A DNA stretch of 64,000 nt from positions 1,240,001 through 1,304,000 of the forward strand of contig NW_027271368.1 in the NCBI RefSeq assembly GCF_040938485.1, in the 5' to 3' direction. Numbering within the stretch: the stretch's first letter is position 1; the number at the start of each line of letters is the position of its first letter. The notes under the pieces were generated by a model. The model did not search any database and had not been told where the DNA came from. It saw nothing but the letters and a program-made list of their open reading frames with translations. Position numbers and translations under genes: made by a program. Below are positions 11,465 through 23,766 of this stretch, piece after piece. This DNA comes from Diadema antillarum (Eukaryota).

Positions 11465-13190
11465 AACAAGAATTAAATCAAACCAGTAGAAACCAACAGG
11501 TACCAGTAGTAATGGCTGGAAGAGGGTCATACAATTGTGATGAAGTAATACCAGCATAAACCAATAGAAACCAGAATATTCTACTGGCTTAAAATGGGGG
11601 TGTCGAAATATCAAGTCAAACCAGTGGTAACCAGTACAAACCAGTCAATCTCCTGTACATGTAGAAACAAATAAGTCAAACCAGTAGAAACCAACAGGTA
11701 CCTGTAGAAGTCTACTGGTTTGAAGAGGGTTGTAGAAGTGTGAAGTTATACCAGTAGAAACCGACAAAAACCAGTAGAATCCACTGGCTTTAAAGTGGGG
11801 TGTCAAAATATCAAGTGAAACCAGCGGAAACCAGTACAAACCAGTCAATCTCCTATACATGTAAAACAAATAAGTCAAACCAGTAGAAACCAACAGGTAC
11901 CTGTAGATAGTCTACTGGTTTGAAGAGGGTTGTAGAAGTGTGAAGTTATACCAGTAGAAACCGACAGAAACCAGTAGATTCCACTGGCTTGAAATGGGGT
12001 GTCAAAATATTAAGTCAAACCAGTGGTAACCAGTACAAACCAGTCAATCTCCTATACATAGAAAAACAAATAAGTCAAACCAGTAGAAACCAACAGGTAC
12101 CTGTAGATAGTCTACTGGTTTGAAGAGGGTTGTAGAAGTGTGAAGTTATACCAGTAGAAACCGACAGAAACCAGTAGTTTCCACTGGCTTGAAATGGGGT
12201 GTCAAAATATTAAGTCAAACCAGTGGTAACCAGTACAAACCAGTCAATCTCCTATGCATGTAAAACAAATAAGTCAAACCAGTAGAAACCAACAGGTACC
12301 TGTAGATAGTCTACTGGTTTGAAGAGGGTTGTAGAAGTGTGAAGTTATACCAGTAGAAACCGACAGAAACCAGTAGATTCCACTGGCTTGAAATGGGTGT
12401 CAAAATATTAAGTCAAACCAGTGGTAACCAGTACAAACCAGTCAATCTCCTATACATGGAAAAACAAATAAGTCAAACCAGTAGAAACCAGCAGGTACCT
12501 GTAGATAGTCTACTGGTTTGAAGAGGGTTGTAGAAGTGTGAAGTTATACCAGTAGAAACCGACAGAAACCAGTAGTTTCCACTGGTTTGAAATGGGGTGT
12601 CAAAATATTAAGTCAAACCAGTGGTAACCAGTACAAACCAGTCAATCTCCTATACATGGAAAATCAAATAACCAGTAGAAACCAACAGGTACTGTAGATA
12701 GTCTACTGGTAAGAAAAGGATTAGTAGAAGTGTGAAGTTATACCAGTAGAAAGTGACAGAAACCAGTAGATTCCACTAGCTTAAAATGGGGTGTCGAAAT
12801 ATCATGTCAAACCAGTGGTAACCAGTACAAACCAGTCATCTCCTATACATGTAAAAGCAAACAAGTCAAACCAGTAGAAACCAACAGGTACCTGTAGATA
12901 GTCTACTGGTTTGAAGAGGGTTGTAGAAGTGTGGAGTTATACCAGTAGAAACCGACAGAAACCAGTAGATTCCACTGGCTTGAAATGGGATGTAAAAATA
13001 TCAAGTCAAACCAGCGGAAACCAACGAGTACCTGTGGAGTCTACCGGTTTGAAGAGGGTTGTAAACTTGTGAAGTAATACTAGTAGAAACCGACAGAAAT
13101 CAGTAGATTCTACTGGTTTAAAATGGGGTGTCAAAATACTTCTAACAAGTCAAACCAGTAGAAACCAACCGAGTGCCTGCAGAAACCAAT
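11465..13190 (+). repeat. Tandem array, ~199-200-bp unit, ~8-9 copies (left subterminal arm)
   Basis: The CAGGTAC marker occurs at 11695, 11894, 12094, 12293, 12492, 12686 and 12885 (spacings 199, 200, 199, 199, 194, 199); copies at both edges are degenerate. Confidence 0.95.
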
Positions 13191-13419
13191 AGAAACCGGT
13201 GGATTCTACTGGAAGTTGTCAAACAACAGAACGTCGTTACAATGAACAACTTTTACGGAAAATTTTGTTAATTTTGTTATCATGTGGATATTAACAATTG
13301 CAAAAAAAAAATAAAAATATAAGTCATATATTTTGAAATAAAATTATACTTATGTAATTGTTATAACCTAATTGTCTTTAAACTCGTTATGCTCATCAAT
13401 AAATCCCTGGGTCTCAAAC

Positions 13420-13545
13420 GGCAACATGACGTCATACTACCGCGTAGCTAGCCGTTATGCAAACGAGCTACTTTTGGCGGGCAGCGCAATCCGCCGTCCG
13501 CTCCCCAGCCCTGCGCTGGCTGGCTGGCCGGCCGGCCGCCACCGC
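13420..13545 (+). promoter_or_regulatory. CpG-rich promoter-like segment inside the nested element
   Basis: CRE palindrome TGACGTCA (13427-13434) and E2F-type TTTGGCGGG (13473-13481) lie in a GC/CpG-rich island within AT-rich DNA. Confidence 0.4.
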
Positions 13546-14310
13546 ATTCATATTTGAGCTGTACGTCGGTACTGCGCTGTCGTACACACATCAACGCACC
13601 CATCGCAATCTGTTCAACTCTGTCATCCAGCAGCCAATTATACCGAGAAAACTCCACTTACGATTGCATTTGTGTTTCGGAATGAGAATCTTCAATGAGC
13701 TCAGGAATCTAAGGTTTAGTTAGCGGTAAACATTGACGTTTTATTTCATTTGAGAGTGACTTTGATGTCGAGTTTGCTTCCAGGCCGTATTCAACCATAG
13801 CTGATCATACTAGGTGACGATCGGAATCGAAGCCGTACGTTTGAACGCTACGTTTTTTTCGGTGTACTAGTACGCCCTACGGTATGTTTCAGAAATGTCG
13901 TACACCATACTACATGTATGTTCAAACGATTTGAAATGTGCAAGCTAGTGACATCGTGAAAATTGGCGAAACAATCCACTGTGAATCCAAACTGTATCTG
14001 GTACTACCGTTGTGGTGGTGGTACGTGTCGGAGACTGACAATGCCCGATAATGGACTGTGAGACACTGGAACAGCTACAGCCACCAGTACGCAGTAGGTT
14101 CACTGATATGCATAGCCATGCTGTACTCGTCTGCAGTGCAAGTGTATGAGGAACCCGACTGAGACAAACCGAGCACCAGTGTTGGCCAGTTAGTGAGTGT
14201 TTTGCCTTAGACCTCTTGTTAGCCTAGATTTAAAGTATTATTAACGCTAACTACAAAGTTGGATTTAAGTTAGCTCTTTATCACTCAATATCAGTTTGTG
14301 TGCCATGATG

Positions 14311-14457
14311 GAAACATTCTGTTTGCCACATTAGACACCAACAAAATAGTGATGATTTGAGAATACATGTACATTCAGTTTTTCTCATCTAACCGAAACA
14401 TTCTGTTTGCCACATTAGACACCAACAAAATAGTGATGATTTGAGAATACATGTACA
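14311..14457 (+). repeat. Direct duplication of ~63 bp (spacing 84 bp)
   Basis: GAAACATTCTGTTTGCCACATTAGACACCAACAAAATAGTGATGATTTGAGAATACATGTACA occurs twice. Confidence 0.85.
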
Positions 14458-15098
14458 GCTATGTATTTAACTTGTAGATTTATGTTGAATTGTATTTTGG
14501 ACATGCAGTGAGCAAAGTTGTAGAAAAAAATGCCAAGCTTTGCTTTCATGTGTGTGTGTAAATTGTATGACAAATCTGTGACCATTTAAGCGTACAAAAA
14601 GCCAGTATATTATAACAACAGTTCGTAGGGAACACCGCTTGCTAGTCAATCACCAAGTAAAATACAGGCTATACAGTATGTACCGGTTACCCGGTACATT
14701 GTAAGTGAGAGAAATGGAATTGCCAGAAACACTGTCTACCCTGTGCTAGTGATTTATCAATCGGTGGGGGCGGGTTTGTGCATTGAGCAGAATATGTGAA
14801 GTTAACTATAACACGCCCTTGACAGAGTCAGGTGTGGAAACGTAACATATGTTGTACATTAATCATACATGTATGTATAAAGAGTTCAAACTGAAACACT
14901 AGTTGACCATAATGATATGATTGTTGAATGTTGATCTCCAATGAAGAAGAAAAATGTGCTGATTTTTTAAACAAATGTTCTCAATTTGGCAAAATTTACG
15001 TACAACGTGTAGTACAATATATCACTTTAACATCAAACATTGAAAATTGATTGATTACTCAAAGTTCTCTTTCTGTTTGTTTTATCTTTAAGTATTAG

Positions 15099-16313
15099 GA
15101 GACGATGAAGACTAGAGGAAGCCAGCTAAGATCGACTTGCGGAGCTCCGCTATGCCACGTACCTGGTATTTTGACTGCCACGAGTGGGCCCTACATCTTC
15201 CCTTGCCTTCTTCAGAGAATGATGACCTCACTGAGAGTTTGGGCCTTCAGCATTTTGAAATCGTCATACAAGCACCAGATGGGCCCAACCAGGGAGGCCT
15301 GGCCAAATATTTGCCCTTACAAAAAGTGTATGTTGTCAGCTTGTCATTTCAGGAAAATTTCAAGATATTTTCACTCTAGTGAAAGAATTATGTGAGCGAA
15401 AGAAATGTAAAACTGAGAGAACCATCATATTCAGCCAGACTCATCATCATCAGTGCAGAGATTTGTTAGCGACAATGTACTTTAAAGATTGACTGGAGGA
15501 AAAGGAGTGTCACTATGTCCTGTGTTATTCCATCACTGGTGACAGCTTAAATGAGGAAATACTTGAACAGTACCGTAATGTACAATGTACAAGTTTAGTA
15601 CATACATGTATGTCAGAACCAGATGACTGGGCTTGGGTGATCTTCTGTGCTACAGTGTATCTTTACGTTCATGATGGGTACAAGTATAAACTGCAAGAAA
15701 GTCAGCATATACTTAGTTCATGTACAGTATTTTATCATTTTGCACAAGAGAGTTGCTGTGCTGGTCGAGGAGGGGAAGATTCCTGCGCTGTACTGATGGC
15801 AAAGGATTAGGTGAGGACTAACTTGGACAATAACACAGTATAGCTGTACTTGCTATCGGATAAAAAGACTAACGGGTGTGAGCTTGAAGTGCAAAACCTG
15901 CCGCGTCCATGCTGTGTTGTTTGTGCTCAAAGTTGTGTAATTGAATCATGCAACGGTGTACATTGTATTTTTTTCTTTTTTATTTTAAATGGTCAAATGG
16001 GTAATGTTCAGTTTGATGCATTTTCTTTCTTTTTTTTTAAATTAAATTAGTGTAACCTTGCAACTTGCAGACCTGCCGGTTTGCAAATGATAATGATTTT
16101 ATCAGGTCCCAGGTGAAGACTCTTGACTTATTGTGAAAAATCTATGACTACTATTAGACATTAGACCTCACAGATTGTGCATACCACTTTCCAGCTGACA
16201 GAACAAGGACCTATTATAGAAAGAAACTAGCCCAACCAAATGCTGTGTGCAGCAAAGGGACAGGGCTGTGTATAATTACAATATAGTAAGAAAGGTGATA
16301 TGCACTCAAACAG
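15099..16313 (+). pseudogene. Decayed exon-like coding segments of unknown identity inside the nested element
   Basis: Higher-GC blocks with AG/GT boundaries and stop-interrupted frames (e.g. ORF 15137-15379; LTDCAYHFPADRTRTYYRKKL near 16170-16240). Possibly remnants of an accessory or captured gene; no family recognised with confidence. Confidence 0.25.
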
Positions 16314-17689
16314 GTAATTAAAGGTGAATCGTGGTATTTAGGTCCTTGACATGAGGTTCTCTTATGTTTTTGAAAGGCTGTTAACTAACATAAAATGAGC
16401 TGCCAAGCATGCGTGAGCATTTTGGTAATTGAAATCTATTCTGTAAACTTACATTCAGATGTGACTATGAATTTGTTTATTTGTTTATTTTCCTCTTCTT
16501 TTTTTTTTTACTCATTGCCTCTTACCTACAATATCCAATCCCATTTTGGTGCCGCTTTTTTTAACTCTATCTATGATCGATGCTGTTAGTGTTATCTGTG
16601 TATGTACCGTAGATGTATGTACCTGGATGATGCCAGCAAGACAGCATGGTTTATTTTACATACATAATTATGAATATCTATTCTTTGCCAACCACCAATG
16701 CTGTATTTTGTTTTGTCAAGTGAAGTTTTGTTTGTCATGCCATCAGTTTAATATCTTTATTATTAAGTTTGTTTGTGTACGTATGAGTTTTGCATCCTTT
16801 CAGATGAACATTTTCTATGATTAGGGTAATCATCTTTAAGTTATCGCTTTAACAAACAAATGGGGCATATGGAAAGTGCTCAATGACAGGAATGTAAACC
16901 TTGTATTTTTGATGTAATACAAATTTACATGTTTTTTTTTTTCAAATACCTGTCGAGGCCTTATTTGTCTTTCAAAAACAAAAATTCCTGTCACATAATC
17001 AGTTGAACGAATTTGTTAACTGAAATAAAAATTCTTTGGCTTGGCAAAACAACATGGTGAAAAAAAAAGTAATCTGAATAATGAATACTTTGAAATGTAA
17101 TGTACTCATGTAATATGATTATCATCCATTGACCTGTAATAAAATTTCCTCAACTTAAGACTGTATTTACTCCAGACTTACAGTGTGTGATAGAAGTCTC
17201 ATGTTTTGATTAATGTATGCATACAAATGCAGTGTGAATTTGTGTGGCATGTGTTGTGTACATGTATGCATTCTTAATTTTGAACATTCAGGTGTGTCTC
17301 ATTCAGTCGAAAATTGGTTAGTACTGTACATTAGTTGATGTCTGGTGGCACCATTACAAATAGGTTTTTTGTTTGTTTGTTAGTTTTTTGCTGATTTGAA
17401 GAAGAATTTGTACTACTAGTGCACATCCATTATATTGGACATGGTTCTATGGAAACTTTTTTGCAATGTATCAAAAAAGTAAAAAATCAGGTCCTTAAAT
17501 TACCTGTATTTACAACTGTACTACATTTACAATGTTCTTTCTTGCATTGTTGAGCTGTAACAACATTTTAATGTAACAAAAAGAAAACTGTCGGTCCTGA
17601 AGATGTCGTCATAATGGGAGTCACTTGAAGTGCAAGTTCTTCTTCCAAATGCATTGGTACATGCTGTTACTGGTTCAGTAGGAATTTCT

Positions 17690-18620
17690 TCTGGTTTCTA
17701 CTGGGGCCAGTACAACATCTACTGGTATTCTGTTGGTTTCTTCTGGTTTCAGTAAGGAATCTACTGGCATTCTTCTGGTTCCAGTAGAAATTCCTACTGG
17801 TTTCTACTGGTTCCAGTAAGAAATCCTGCTGGTTTCTACTGGTTCCAGTAAGAAATCCTGCTGGTTTCTACTGGTTCCAGAAGAAATCCTGCTGGTTTCT
17901 ACTGGTTCCAGTAAGAAATCCTGCTGGTTTCTACTGGTTCCAGTAGGAAATCATGCTGGTTTCTACTGGTTCCAGTAAGAAATTCAGCTGGTTTCTACTG
18001 GTTCCAGAAAGAAATCCTGCTGGTTTCTACTGGTTCCAGTAAGAAATCATGCTGGTTTCTACTGGTTCCAGTAAGAAATCCTGCTGGTTTCTACTGGTTC
18101 CAGTAAGAAATCCTGCTGGTTTCTACTGGTTCCAGTAAGAAATCCTGCTGGTTTCTACTGGTTCCAGTAAGAAATCCTGCTGGTTTCTACTGGTTTTCTA
18201 CTGGTTTTGTTAAGATTTCTACTGGTTTTGTTAAGATTTCTACTGGTTTTGTTGAGATTTCTACTGGTTCCAGTAAGAAATCATGCTGGTTTCTACTGGT
18301 TTTGTTGAGATTTCTACTGGTTTTGTTGAGATTTCTACTGGTTCCAGTAAAAAAATCCTGCTGGTTTCTACTGGTTTTCTACTGGTTTTGTTAAGATTTC
18401 TACTGGTTTTGTTGAGATTTCTACTGGTTTTGTTGAGATTTCTACTGGTTTTGTTGAGATTTCTACTGGTTTTGTTGAGATTTCTACTGGTTCCAGTAAA
18501 AAAATCCTGCTGGTTTCTACTGGTTTTCTACTGGTTTTGTTAAGATTTCTACTGGTTTTGTTGAGATTTCTACTGGTTTCATTGAGAGTTTTCATTGGTC
18601 TTCAGTGGATTCTACTGGTT
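17690..18620 (+). repeat. Right subterminal arrays: 32-bp unit then 21-bp unit
   Basis: TTTCTACTGGTTCCAGTAAGAAATCCTGCTGG (32 bp, ~17790-18190) and TTTCTACTGGTTTTGTTGAGA (21 bp, ~18190-18580, interspersed with 32-bp units). Confidence 0.93.
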
Positions 18621-18838
18621 TAAATCAAGCATTTCTACTGGTTTCTACTGGTTCCAATAAGAATTCTTACTGGTCTGCTACTGGTTCCAGTACAAATTTC
18701 CTACTGGTTTTCTACTGGTTTTATTTCACTTTCCATATTGAAACCAGTAGAAAATCGGTCTCCACTGAACCCGTACAAACCAGTAGAATTCTACTGGTTT
18801 TAGCTCTACTGGTTTCTATGGGAATTTCGACCTGGGAA

Positions 18839-20286
18839 AGTGCTCTTACAGGAAAAGGGGTCTGAGCATTGACAAAGTCGAAGCCAAACAAGTAGCAGAG
18901 AGGAATCTCATCTGCGCAATCCAGAAGGAAGCCTTTCGTGAAGAAAGAAAGCAACTCGACAAATCAGATTCCCTAGCCACTTCGAAGTCCAACTCACTGA
19001 GACAGCTTGACCCGTTCCTAGATGACCACGATCTGCTACGGGTGGGAGGTCGGTTGAAGAAGGCAGAAATGATGTATGGTGAAAAACATCCTGTCATCCT
19101 ACCAAAGGATAGCCACCTCTCTAAACTTGTCGCCTTACACTACCATCGAAGAACGGCACATCAAGGAAGGAATCTAACCATCAATGCTATTCGCTCTGGT
19201 GGTTATTGGATCACTGGTTGCAGACGCATTGTCTCTTCTCTTATCAGCAAGTGTGTTCACTGCATCAGATTCCGAGGCAAGCCAAGAGGACAGATGAAAG
19301 CCAATCTACCACAAGACAGAGTAGAACCTTCACCTCCTTTCACATACTGTGGACTCGACTGTTTTGGTCCCTTCACCATCAAGGAAGGGAGAAAGGAGTT
19401 GAAGCGATATGGACTCATTCTTACCTGCATGTCAATGAGGGCTGTACACATAGAAGTGCTAGATGACATGTCTACTGACGGATTCCTCAATAGTTTGAGA
19501 TGTTTCATTGCAATCCGAGGAAACGTTCGCCTCATTCGTTGTGACCAAGGATCAAATTTCATGGGTGCAAAGCACGAACTAAACAAGGGCCTTTCTGAAC
19601 TGGATGAAAATCAAATAGCTACCCAGTTACTGAAGATCAACTGTGAGTTCAGGATGAACCCGCCGGCTTCGAGCCACATGGGAGGAGTCTGGGAGCGGCA
19701 AATCAGGAATGTCAGGAACGTCCTGAATGGTATACTTGATCCGTCGGGCACTCTACTCTCAACTTCTTCTCTGCGAACGTTCCTGTATGAAGCGATGGCA
19801 ATCATCAACAGTAGACCTCTGACCGTCGAAGATCTGGAGTGTCCAGATGGTCCACTCCCATTGACTCCCAATCATGTCCTGACAATGAAATCAGGTCTCG
19901 TATTACCCCCTCCAGGACAATTCGTGAAAGAAGATCTCTATCTCCGAAAGAGGTGGAGGCGTGTCCAATACTTAGTCAACCTCTTTTGGGCACGCTGGAA
20001 GAAAGAGTATCTTCACACCCTACAAGCAAGAAAGACTTCGTCACAGCCACAGCCAAACATTGAAGCAAACGACATTGTCATCTTGCAAAACGAGAGTCTC
20101 TGCAGAACGGACTGGAGAATTGCCAAGGTCATTGAGACCATCTCCAGTGATGATGGTTTGGTTCGAAGAGCGACTCTCCTCATGGCAACTCCAGATCTAG
20201 ACGAGCAAGGCAAACCACTCCACAAAAGAAGTGTAATCGAACGACCTGTTCACAAACTGATCGTTCTCATCAAAAGCTCAGAATAG
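18839..20286 (+). CDS. BEL pol C-terminal part (integrase)
   Basis: Open from 18839 in the same frame as ORF 19042-20286: KCSYRKRGLS...IQKEAF...LDPFLDDHDLLRVGGRL, zinc motif HYH..AHQG..CVHC, DDE core GLDCFGP/RCDQGSNF/GGVWER, C-terminal ERPVHKL. Confidence 0.95.
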
Positions 20287-20460
20287 TTACTGACTATGTT
20301 ATATTTTTTGAAGGTTTTCACAGTACTTTGCTGTGGCATATTGATTATTATTGTGATATACTTCGCTATTGGTTTGGTATCAAACCTTTGTTTACACAAA
20401 ATTAAATGTATAATAAAGTGATTAATGTGAAATAAAATCATAGATGATTTTGGGTGGGAG

Positions 20461-20869
20461 TGTGGCAGCAGTCCCCAGGTTGCTGCCATGGCAACAGTTA
20501 CTCTCCCTGGCGGTATTGTTAGATGCGCGTATTGCCCTAGAATACGCTAGGCGGTATGCTTTGATTATTGTATGCGCGCAGGCGCTTCCCTTTGATCTTG
20601 TAATGGTAACCAAATAGTAGAATGATTTTATACGCTCAGATCAGTTTCACGTCTGTATAGCTACTACAGAAAACATCGAAGGTACATTCAGCAACGAAAT
20701 CTTTAAAGGAAAAGGAATAAAAGTCAACGAACCATAAACAAGCTGCTTATATTATGTGATATAATGTTCACCAAAGAGTTTCACGGGTACGACCGTTGAG
20801 AATAAATATCTGACCGTTTCCAACTACGTCCCGTTTGTCAACTGGTAATTTATCGCATGGGCAGCTACA
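20461..20869 (+). repeat. 3' LTR of BEL element
   Basis: 409 bp, preceded by the PPT and followed by the TSD CTTTTG. Confidence 0.97.
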
Positions 20870-21385
20870 CTTTTGTGATCTTGAAGGTCTTGCCCTGTAC
20901 TTAAATTAGCATTGCTTAGTACTAGTCCAAATGTGCTTGTGAGATGGCGGTCGTTATACAATGTACAGGCCTACAGTCTCGAGCCCAGGGGCCGCAGAAT
21001 GGTTCAAAGTGTAGGGACTTCGACTGTTATGTATGATAGTAGCACCGTCCACCGGGTTTGGGCACGGATCAATTCCCCCCTACCCTCCCACTCCCCTTCA
21101 AAGAATCTTAGCGTTCCACAGCCCCTGTATTGTGTGGGACCTAGATGGCGCACTTTTTGGTTGTGATCAAGGATTCGCGCTCTCACGCACGCAAGGACTT
21201 GCGACAAAAGTTTTTTTTTTTTCCAATGTTGCTGACGTCAGAGATAATTAAAATACATAATAAAAATTATTATAATTTAATTTGTCGATGATAGGCTTCG
21301 CGCGTTTTGATGTCCGGTTATTACACATATAATGCCAGAGTAATCAAATAAGTTTTTATAATTAGCTTTTGTTTTATTTATGATT

Positions 21386-21815
21386 GGAATCAGCGTGTGG
21401 TTGGTCGGGCGGTCGGGCGGTCGGGCGGTCCGTTGCAAATCTTGCGTCGCGAACTCCTCTTACAATTTTGAAGCAATTTTGATGAAACTTTGGGTGCATG
21501 ATGACATTGAGGTGTAGATGTGTAAGATATGTTTTTTGAGTTTATCGGAGAAAGCGTTGTTATGATAACCAAAATTTCCCATGTGGAGTGAATCATACTT
21601 CCACAGTATCTAAACAATTTATTTCAAATTTGGCATGTATAATGATTTATAGGTGTAGTTATTATTATTTTATGGGAAAATCTTGTGGAATTAATTACTT
21701 CTACAATTTGGGAGTAATTGAACTTAAGTTTGGTGTACATGATGATATTGAGGTGTAGATGTGTAAGATATGTTTTTTGTGTTATAATAGTCAGAGAAAG
21801 CGTTGCCATGGTAAC
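21386..21815 (+). mobile_element. Partial HINE/DINE-1-like (Helentron-associated) element
   Basis: GGAATCAGC, (GGTCGGGC)n microsatellite and the body GTTGCAAATCTTGCGTCGCGAACT are shared with the complete copy at 27798-29459. Confidence 0.65.
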
Positions 21816-22071
21816 CACAATTATTATTACTATTATTATGAAATTGTATTGAGATATGGTGTTTAATTAAAAGATGTTTGATAAGTTTTGGTATTTGGTG
21901 AAGTTAGATAAGGTTAAATGTTATGAGGTCAATGAAAACTATGTATTGGAAGATACTAAATTTGGATAGGTGAGATATTGTTTGATGTATAAAGTAAGAA
22001 TGCAGAAAGGATATTAATGAATGTATGAGCTGAATAATCGTATAAAAGTGATATAGTTTTTGTATAGTAAT

Positions 22072-22316
22072 GAAGAGTTTGTTCGCAAAAACCGATAAGT
22101 CCATATTTGCCAAATGGAGATATTTGCGATTAAAGGTCAAGAAAAATAAAAAGAATAAGGAAATTTTTGCTTCTTTTGACCATAACTTCAGAAATGTAGC
22201 TTTATATGTAGTGACCAATATATCATTTAAAAGGTATTACTTTGTACTTTATTAAAGAGACCATACTTCAAAATCTTAAAAAATGGACTTATCGGTTTTT
22301 GCAAACAAACCCTTTA
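22072..22316. mobile_element. MITE with ~32-bp imperfect TIRs
   Basis: AAGAGTTTGTTCGCAAAAACCGATAAGTCCAT ... ATGGACTTATCGGTTTTTGCAAACAAACCCTT. Confidence 0.7.
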
Positions 22317-23766
22317 GTTGTAGTCGGGTTATGTATTATGTTGGTGTATTATGTTGCTGTATGTTGATATGAGTTAGTTTCATTCGACTTTTTGTGATAT
22401 GCCTGTGGTGTACCTGTGATGTATTTAATGTTTATTTTGTTGTGATATCCAATGTACAAAGAATTTCCAGAGTGGAAAATAAAGTAATGAATCAATTACC
22501 ATGCATGCCGTATATAGGTTGCCTAAGGAGTTTGTTATAGGCTTACCCTGGCCTTGTCCACCAGCAGCACTGTCTGCGTAACAGTGCATTAGTTTGCCAC
22601 GCCCACCACTCTATTCTATTAAAGCGTCCTCTCTTCGAAATACATCTTTCAATCGAAAGTAATAAAATCAAGTGGTAATATTTACCAATCTATTTGCAGG
22701 CATCAATAGGCTGTCGACAGACCAATTTAGACTTGTCATGAAAATCGACGAGAATGACCACGCATTTTAATATACGTAGGATAGGGTATCCTTAGTGCCT
22801 ACGTTCAGCACAGTCATGTAGGGGTCTATGTGGTGTGTAGATGTTCGTATATTCTGTGTGCAGCGCACTGCCATAATTATGACCTTAAAGAAATATAATC
22901 GCGCTTTCGGCATTGATAACTTTCAATATTGTGAAACAATCTGAATTATTTGTTTCAGAGTATCAAACTATAACTTGTCTCCAACATCTTGCAGAACATC
23001 CCATGCAATCCGGTCCAGTGGTCACGGAGAAATGTGAGATCTTTATAAAACTTATCACGGGGCCATTTCTACCTAGATTGACCTTCATGACATTCATTGA
23101 TGAATAAAAATATTGTGGTCATTATACTATCTAGGAGATGTATTTAAGGAAAAAAGCCTAAATATAAATGCGGATAGCGTGAAAGCAGCAATATTAGCAG
23201 ATAACACATCAGAGAAAGTTTGATGAAAATGGAACAGGGTTCAAAAGTTATTAATAATATTGTAAGTTTAGGGCTACTTCACTTCATGACGACCTTGTGA
23301 TCCAGTGGTTATAGGCTATTCTTGGCCCCGTCTTATAAAAACTTTTGATTGATTCAAATCAATCCCAATTTTACGATTGAATGCAAATCCATCTCATAAA
23401 AAAACACACACAATTGACACCTTAATTATTCCTTTGTATTATGCAAAAAGTGGACCCTGTATATTGCTGCTTTCACCCAATCCAATCCACGTTTGTGCTT
23501 TTCTAACGAACGGGTCTGCACAGTATACAATATTTGCTTTTACTAGTAGTCGTCTGTTATGACTACTCGATACCAAACCTCTTTGCTCAATGCCAATACG
23601 GTCTTGCGCCACCTGCTGGTGCCATAGATAAAGGCTGCACTTACGTAAAACTAAGACTATACAATGTGTAGTATAAGAGGCTCACTACATAGGTAGGTGG
23701 ATCGAGTACAGTGGTCAATAATCGTACATTCGTCTAGACAGCCAGCTGTCAGAACAGTGCTCAAAG

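Larger units (their letters stand above)
10947..18836. mobile_element. Non-autonomous TIR DNA transposon, probably CMC/EnSpm(CACTA)-like, 7,890 bp
   Basis: Perfect 32-bp TIRs CCCAGGTCGAAATTCCCATAGAAACCAGTAGA (10947-10978; inverted at 18805-18836) and a 2-bp TSD AA (10945-46, 18837-38). Both arms carry arrays of ACCAGTAGAAA, pointing inward from each end. No long ORF inside. The superfamily call rests on 2-bp TSD + CCC termini + subterminal repeats (inference). Confidence 0.85.
5124..20869 (+). mobile_element. BEL/Pao LTR retrotransposon, full length, interrupted by a nested DNA transposon
   Basis: Two 409-bp LTRs (TGT...ACA), TSD CTTTTG at 5118-5123 and 20870-20875, and a PPT GGGTGGGAG (20452-20460). 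Domain order gag-PR-RT-RH-IN is typical of BEL/Pao. Confidence 0.97.

Noticed and set aside
11465-18620. Tandem arrays resembling a CRISPR array
   Set aside because: No unique spacers and no cas genes; eukaryotic context. The repeats are subterminal arrays of a TIR element.
18283-18865. ORFs with LLVLLRF/STGFVEI repeats
   Set aside because: Translations of the 21-bp (multiple-of-3) tandem repeat; no evidence of coding.
20975-21230. Possible tRNA-like head after the 3' LTR
   Set aside because: Only a weak A-box resemblance and no clear B box.
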